Assembly: GCA_038230375.1 (NCBI GenBank)
Contig: JBBRNJ010000141.1
Coordinates: 1 to 10,462 of the forward strand
From: Polyangiales bacterium
GTDB taxonomy: Bacteria > Myxococcota_A > Polyangia > Polyangiales > Polyangiaceae
Length of the DNA stretch: 10,462 nt
Direction of reading: 5' to 3'
Part shown: piece after piece, positions 7,072-10,462 of the stretch
How the letters are laid out: the number at the start of each line of letters is the position of its first letter
How positions within the stretch are numbered: position 1 is the first letter of the stretch
Position numbers and translations under genes: made by a program
Notes under the pieces: generated by a model
Seen by the model: only the letters and a program-made list of their open reading frames with translations
Database searches by the model: none
What the model was told of the DNA's origin: nothing

Positions 7072-8511
7072 ATGCGCTGTCGCCTGAGGCAGCTGGGTCT
7101 CTGCGCACTCCTGCTGGTCGCTGCGTGCAGGGCTCCGCGCACCTTCATCGAAGTGAACGAGCCCACATCGCCGCTCGTCGCGCGCACCGGGAACGTGCGC
7201 CCGCTCGACCCTGCCGCCCACGCCGAGCCACCGCCCGCGGAGGCTTCGGCCGTCGAGCTGGAGCCGCAGGGTTTCGTGCTCGACAACGGCATGCGCGTGG
7301 CGCTGCTGGCGAGGCAGGGCGTGCCAATGGTCACGTTGGATCTCTCCTATGACTCCGGGCGCGACGACGGTCCGGACGGCCTTGCCGCGCTGGCCGCGTA
7401 TTCGTGGGTTGACGATCAGGACGTGGGATTCACGTTTCCGGCGCTCGCCGCCAACGAAACCCGGCGCATCTCGAGCACGCGTACGGCGCTGCACGTGCAA
7501 GCGCCGATCGCGTCGCTCGATCCGCTGCTCTCGCACTATGCCGCGATGGTCGTCGATCCGAAGCCCGTGTTCTCCGATCTCGCTTTCCAGAAGCGCCGGG
7601 TCGCTGGTGACCTTCGCGGCGTGCTCGTGCAGCCGCAGGCCGTCGCGCTCTCCGAGCTTGGTCGCCGACTCGGCGACGGAACATCGTCGGAGGCAGACCA
7701 GCTCGGTCGCGTCGAGAACCTGGCGCGAGATGACGCGAACGCGTTCTTGCGTTCACGCATCACACCGCGTCGAACGATGCTCACGCTGGTCGGCGCATTT
7801 CAGACGGCGCGGGCTCGCGACCGCATCACCGCGCTGTTCGGCAACTGGAAGGCCACAGAGAGCCCGCCGTCGACGCCGCGCGAGCTTGCGCCTTCGCCCG
7901 CGTCCGAAGGGCTCACGATCATCGACCGCCCGGGCGCCTCGCAGACTGTCATTGCGATCGGCGCATGGGTCCCCGGGTCGTTGTCGCCCGCAGAGTGGCA
8001 CGACGCCGATGCGCTCGCCGCTGTGCTGGGCGGCCCGCTCACCGCGCGCGCCGACGCAAGAGTGCGCTTGCATGGGGGAGACAGCTATGGCGCGCATGCC
8101 TTCGTCTGGCGTCGCCGAGGCGGCGGCGTGTTCGCCCTCGAGTCCAGCGTGGACGTCGAGCAGACGGCTGCCTCACTTCGTGCCTACCTGGACGTGCTGC
8201 GCAGCGGGCGCGAGCAGCTGCCCTCCGCCGCTGAGCTGGCAGCTGCGCGCGCACGCGTGTTCGGTCCGGGCGCCGTGTCGGCCACGGGTCTCTGCAGCTG
8301 GCTCGATTCATGGATGGACACGATGGAGCCGTTCGAAACGTTCGTGTCACGAACGGCGCGCACTGACGCTTCCAAGCCGGAGGCTATACGGAGCATCGCG
8401 CGTCGCATCCTCGGGGACGAGCGGCTCAGAATTGTGCTGGCGGGTGATTCGTCGAAGATCGTCCCGCAGCTCGCGTCCGCGAACCTGGGCACGTATCGGT
8501 TCGCGCACTGA
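7072..8511 (+). CDS. M16-family non-catalytic partner subunit, predicted lipoprotein
   Basis: LDNGMRV, GLAALAAY in place of HXXEH, IIDRPGASQTVI, VLGGPLTAR..RVRLHGGDSYGA (R/Y motif), IVLAGD. Lipobox VAA-C. Starts 2 bp after the upstream stop, consistent with an operon. Confidence 0.88.
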   Translation: MRCRLRQLGLCALLLVAACRAPRTFIEVNEPTSPLVARTGNVRPLDPAAHAEPPPAEASAVELEPQGFVLDNGMRVALLARQGVPMVTLDLSYDSGRDDGPDGLAALAAYSWVDDQDVGFTFPALAANETRRISSTRTALHVQAPIASLDPLLSHYAAMVVDPKPVFSDLAFQKRRVAGDLRGVLVQPQAVALSELGRRLGDGTSSEADQLGRVENLARDDANAFLRSRITPRRTMLTLVGAFQTARARDRITALFGNWKATESPPSTPRELAPSPASEGLTIIDRPGASQTVIAIGAWVPGSLSPAEWHDADALAAVLGGPLTARADARVRLHGGDSYGAHAFVWRRRGGGVFALESSVDVEQTAASLRAYLDVLRSGREQLPSAAELAAARARVFGPGAVSATGLCSWLDSWMDTMEPFETFVSRTARTDASKPEAIRSIARRILGDERLRIVLAGDSSKIVPQLASANLGTYRFAH

Positions 8512-8545
8512 ACGGGGCGCAATCTTCAAGATCGCGACTCACCCG

Positions 8546-8672
8546 GCGCGTAGGTAAAAGAAAGGCGCGCTTCGTGATCCCCGACGGGGGAGAAGCGCGG
8601 CGGACGCACGCTCGCAGCCAAGCGGCACAGCAGGCTCAGCGGGTCTCCGCCCGTGGGGGGTCACGAAGCGCG
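8546..8672 (-). mobile_element. Conserved 21-bp motif (copy 2) plus adjacent ~105-bp hairpin; putative IS91/ISCR-type oriIS-like end
   Basis: GCGCGTAGGTAAAAGAAAGGC at 8546-8566. Perfect 12-bp inverted repeat cgcgcttcgtga 8566-8577 / tcacgaagcgcg 8661-8672, extending imperfectly inward to 8593/8644. An alternative short stem pairs 8566-8573 with 8592-8599. Confidence 0.45.
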
Positions 8673-8700
8673 TCATCTCCACCGCCACCGTGTCGCAGCG

Positions 8701-8723
8701 CGCGATCACGGCCAGGTGTGATC
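8701..8723. repeat. Single dispersed copy of the palindromic unit found in tandem at 335-400
   Basis: CGCGATCACGGCCAGGTGTGATC versus CGCGATCACAGCCGGGTGTGATC (338-360): 21/23 identical, same orientation. Confidence 0.85.
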
Positions 8724-8809
8724 GTCAGCTGCCGATGGCCTCCCGGCTGCGAGAGGCGAGAGCGACGGGGCAGTCGAGGGTCTTGCTTCGCGCTCGGACT
8801 CCAGCAGCC

Positions 8810-8818
8810 TGGTAGGCT
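8810..8818 (+). promoter_or_regulatory. Putative extended -10 element (TGgTAGGCT) of a leaderless promoter
   Basis: TGn-TAnnnT ends 7 nt before the ATG at 8826, and no Shine-Dalgarno sequence lies in between. Confidence 0.4.
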
Positions 8819-8825
8819 CCCGCCC

Positions 8826-10145
8826 ATGACGCGCAGGCCTCTCCCGGCGACTCTGATCGCAACACTGGTCGCGGTGTCGACGGCGTGCGCGGGCTCGGGA
8901 GCGCCCGAGTCGAAACGCGCGCTGGCTGCCGATCCCGCGAGGGCCGAGCACAGCGCGGAGTCGAAGCCGGGGTTCGTGATCATGGGCGCCAAGATCTTCG
9001 ACGGCGAGCAGTTTCGGACCGGAAACGTGGAGGTCCGTGGAGGCACGATCGCGGGCTTCGTCGACCGAGCGCCGCCGGGTGCCGCGGTGATCGCCGGCGC
9101 TGGCAAGACGCTGCTGCCTGGACTCATGGATGGTCACATTCACATCGGCGACAAGCGCGAGCACCTGCGCCGCTCACTCTCCTTCGGCGTGACGACGGTG
9201 GTGGACCTGTTTGGTCCGCCGGAGCTGATTTCCAGGTTGCGCGCGGAGGAAGGAACGCCCGCGGCGCGCGATCGTGCGGCGCTGTTCGGCGCCGGAAACC
9301 TCGCGACGGCTCCCAGAGGGCATGGCACGGAGTACGGGATCCCGGTGCCGACGCTGGAGCGACCCGAAGAGGCCGGTGCCTTCGTCCGTGAGCGCAAGAA
9401 GGAAGGGTCGGACCTGCTGAAGATCGTCTTCGACAACACCGCGAACCCGACACATCCGGAAGAAGACATGCCCACCCTGAGCATCGAGACGGTGCGAGCG
9501 CTCGTGCGTGCAGGCCACGAGGAAGGACTTCGAGTCGCGGTGCACGCGGGGACTTGCGACGATCTGCGCAAGCTCGCGGAGACCGGCGCGGACATCCTGG
9601 CGCACGGGTGCGCCATGAAAGAGGGCGACGCGCTGCCAAAGCTCCTCGCCGACAAGAAGGTGTTCTTCAACCCCACGCTCGCCGTCCAGTTGCGTCCGTG
9701 CGGCCTGGAATACTGGATTCCCATGGTGAACGACCCGGAGCTCGCGCCGAAGTTCACTGACGAAGAGCGCGAGCGGCTGGGCAAGGACCGCAAGGATCAC
9801 AACACCGAATGCTCGAAGGGGCGCATGCGCCTCGTCGGCGAGGCCGCCAAGCTTGGCGTTCGGCTCGTGGCCGGGCCCGACTCCCCGAATCGTCGCATTC
9901 CGGTGGGCGCGTCGCTGCTCGCAGAGGTGGAGCTCTTGCGACAATCCGGCGCCACCACCGCTCAGGCGCTGGCCGCGGCGACAAGCAACGTGGCCGACGC
10001 GTATGGGCTCACGGACCGAGGCCGCATCGCCAAAGGCAAGCGCGCCGACCTGCTCCTGGTCGAAGGAGATGTCGAGGCGGAGCCCACAGCGCTCTGGCAC
10101 GCGCGCACGGTCTTCCGTGGCGGCGAAGAGTCCTGGCGTAGGTGA
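8826..10145 (+). CDS. Amidohydrolase-superfamily metal-dependent hydrolase (imidazolonepropionase/Xaa-Pro dipeptidase-like), predicted lipoprotein
   Basis: GAGKTLLPGLMDGHIH (HxH), FGVTTVVDL, LLKIVFD (Lys), VAVHA, ILAHG, AGPDS (Asp), ALAAATSN..A, RGRIAKGKRADLLLVEGD. ATG at 8826 gives a signal peptide ending in STA-C. Confidence 0.92.
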   Translation: MTRRPLPATLIATLVAVSTACAGSGAPESKRALAADPARAEHSAESKPGFVIMGAKIFDGEQFRTGNVEVRGGTIAGFVDRAPPGAAVIAGAGKTLLPGLMDGHIHIGDKREHLRRSLSFGVTTVVDLFGPPELISRLRAEEGTPAARDRAALFGAGNLATAPRGHGTEYGIPVPTLERPEEAGAFVRERKKEGSDLLKIVFDNTANPTHPEEDMPTLSIETVRALVRAGHEEGLRVAVHAGTCDDLRKLAETGADILAHGCAMKEGDALPKLLADKKVFFNPTLAVQLRPCGLEYWIPMVNDPELAPKFTDEERERLGKDRKDHNTECSKGRMRLVGEAAKLGVRLVAGPDSPNRRIPVGASLLAEVELLRQSGATTAQALAAATSNVADAYGLTDRGRIAKGKRADLLLVEGDVEAEPTALWHARTVFRGGEESWRR

Positions 10146-10151
10146 CCGGCG

Positions 10152-10462
10152 TCACAGAGCGGTCACCGTGAAGAGGCCGCGACCGATCGACATGACACCC
10201 CCGACGATGCAGAGGAGCGCGATGACGACGCCCACCAGCGGAAGCGCCAGGGTCGGCTCCGGGCGCCTGCGGTTCACGGACATGGTTGCCTGAGCGACGA
10301 CCGCCGCGAGCACCATCATGACGATGTGCCCGATGAGCGCCGGTAGTACCTGCCCATCGCGACCATGGTGACGCCAAGGACAACTTGCAGGTGCAGCGCG
10401 CCGGCGAAGCTGGCACCGAGGATGCGATGGACTTTCGAGTACGGCACCTTGCGCACGAGCCC
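10152..10462 (-). pseudogene. 3' part of the junction-spanning membrane protein gene
   Basis: The frame ALIGHIVMMVLAAVVAQATMSVNRRRPEPTLALPLVGVVIALLCIVGGVMSIGRGLFTVTAL* (TGA at 10154-10152) encodes two more TM helices. As written, the upstream frame stops early at TGA 10318-10316. Confidence 0.75.
10322..10462 (+). repeat. Terminal direct repeat, right copy (identical to 1-141)
   Basis: Exact 141-bp match to the window start. Confidence 0.97.

Noticed and set aside
3237..8557. Long alternative-frame or antisense ORFs (e.g. 3237-4526, 5726-6511, 7349-8557)
   Set aside because: Arg/Ala-rich shadow ORFs expected in high-GC DNA, overlapping better-supported genes.
8574..8825. N-terminal extension of the amidohydrolase ORF call
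   Set aside because: It runs through hairpins and repeats, and the signal peptide begins at ATG 8826.
10136..10143. GCGTAGGT partial match to the repeated motif
   Set aside because: Only 8 bp, inside the end of a CDS, and lacking the A-rich tail and hairpin.

Overview
High-GC bacterial DNA. The Cys-rich lipoproteins look like Myxococcota (Polyangiaceae-type), which is an inference. The first 141 bp are exactly repeated as the last 141 bp and a membrane-protein gene reads across the join, so the window is best read as a closed 10,321-bp circle or an assembly loop. It carries seven genes: an LCM-family SAM methyltransferase with an unusual N-terminal helical tag, two convergent Cys-rich lipoproteins, an M16 zinc-peptidase pair, an amidohydrolase lipoprotein, and a frameshifted 4-TM membrane protein at the junction. 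No Rep, integrase, relaxase, intact transposase or phage gene is present. The non-coding DNA is structured. Two direct copies of GCGCGTAGGTAAAAGAA(G/A)GGC (1804, 8546) are each followed by an unrelated ~100-bp hairpin and resemble IS91/ISCR oriIS ends on the minus strand. A palindromic 23-bp unit occurs in tandem (335-400) and singly (8701). A possible IS91-type transposase remnant lies at 5573-5629. Working hypothesis (unproven): a non-autonomous, rolling-circle-mobilised lipoprotein cargo circle.
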